Below are positions 63,152-64,000 of a DNA stretch of 64,000 bases, piece by piece (positions within the stretch are counted from its first letter, which is position 1; the number at the start of each line of letters is the position of its first letter). This stretch comes from Flaccisagitta enflata. Lineage: Eukaryota. Under the pieces are notes generated by a model that did not search any database, had not been told where the DNA came from, and was given only the letters and a program-made list of their open reading frames with translations. The DNA lies in NCBI GenBank assembly GCA_965153355.1, contig OZ231126.1:12958001-13022000 (forward strand). The letters are read 5' to 3'. The position numbers and the translations under genes are program-made.

Positions 63152-64000
63152 CTAAAGCAAAAATGATTTTTTAGTTAGGATACAAACAAACAATAAAAGA
63201 ACTGTTGATTGACCTCAGTGAAAATTTTCTGGGTATTACTAATTTCATAAAGGACAAAGAATTGAGTTTCTGGATCAAGACTGACAAAAGTGAGCACAGG
63301 ACGAATAGAAGAAATGCGTATAGAAATTCGGGAAATTGTGCAGTGATTTATGATCCATGGGTGATGAAATGATGAAATAATGATTTTCATTGTTGGAGGG
63401 GGTGAATCATTTAAGCACGATATGAATGAACAAAGCGTTTGCGCATGTCGGGCTTAAGGGGAAATGATTTATTGAGATTTGATCATTGCATTACATTATG
63501 AGCGTAGGAGTGAATCAAAATTCGTCATCATTGATTCGGCGAACATATTAATCGAGTGAAATTAGTCACTTTTTCAAGTTGGTTGGTATGATTTTAGATC
63601 TGAACTACTTAACTACTAAAGTATGATTTTTTTAGAATGCAACATAAGAAACCTATATATCTCCGTTCCTGAGCATCTTAGCAAGATACGGACTGCACGA
63701 TTGGATAGAGCATGAAAAACTATTTTTTCAATGTTCTTTCTGAAATCATGATGCAATATGACATATCTCTACCACCAAGCCAGTAAAAACATTGTCATCT
63801 TTAACATCTCGAAATTGGCTGTCTGATTCTCCTTCTAAAAAAATGAGGAAGATCAGTTGATCAAACAGACATACACATCTTTCAAACCTTCCGAGGAGCA
63901 TGGATTTCAACCTCAAAGTTTCCGACATGAAAAAATATGCATAAATACACTTTTTTTTTCATTTTGAGACATACAATAACACAGTTCTACACCTAATCAA

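Overview
Repeat-rich, AT-rich eukaryotic (animal-like) genomic DNA with GT-AG introns. It holds: (1) a complete 14-exon otopetrin (OTOP) proton-channel gene on the minus strand (35266-58628, ~930 aa), reconstructed by hand with all splice phases consistent; (2) the last two exons of a tandem otopetrin paralog (62727-63151); (3) a nearly intact two-ORF LINE, sense-oriented inside otopetrin intron 12; (4) a pseudogenised, intron-poor ferric-reductase/NADPH-oxidase-like gene (32351-34680), tail-to-tail with otopetrin; (5) a single-exon C2H2 zinc-finger CDS (23212-24138). The rest is dense, often nested non-autonomous DNA elements: more than 20 Helentron/DINE-like copies (some carrying satellite arrays), Tc1/mariner- and hAT-type MITEs and foldback elements. 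There are also mini/microsatellites, a 436-bp tandem duplication and a perfect palindrome with 146-bp arms. All calls come from manual reading; no database searches were run.
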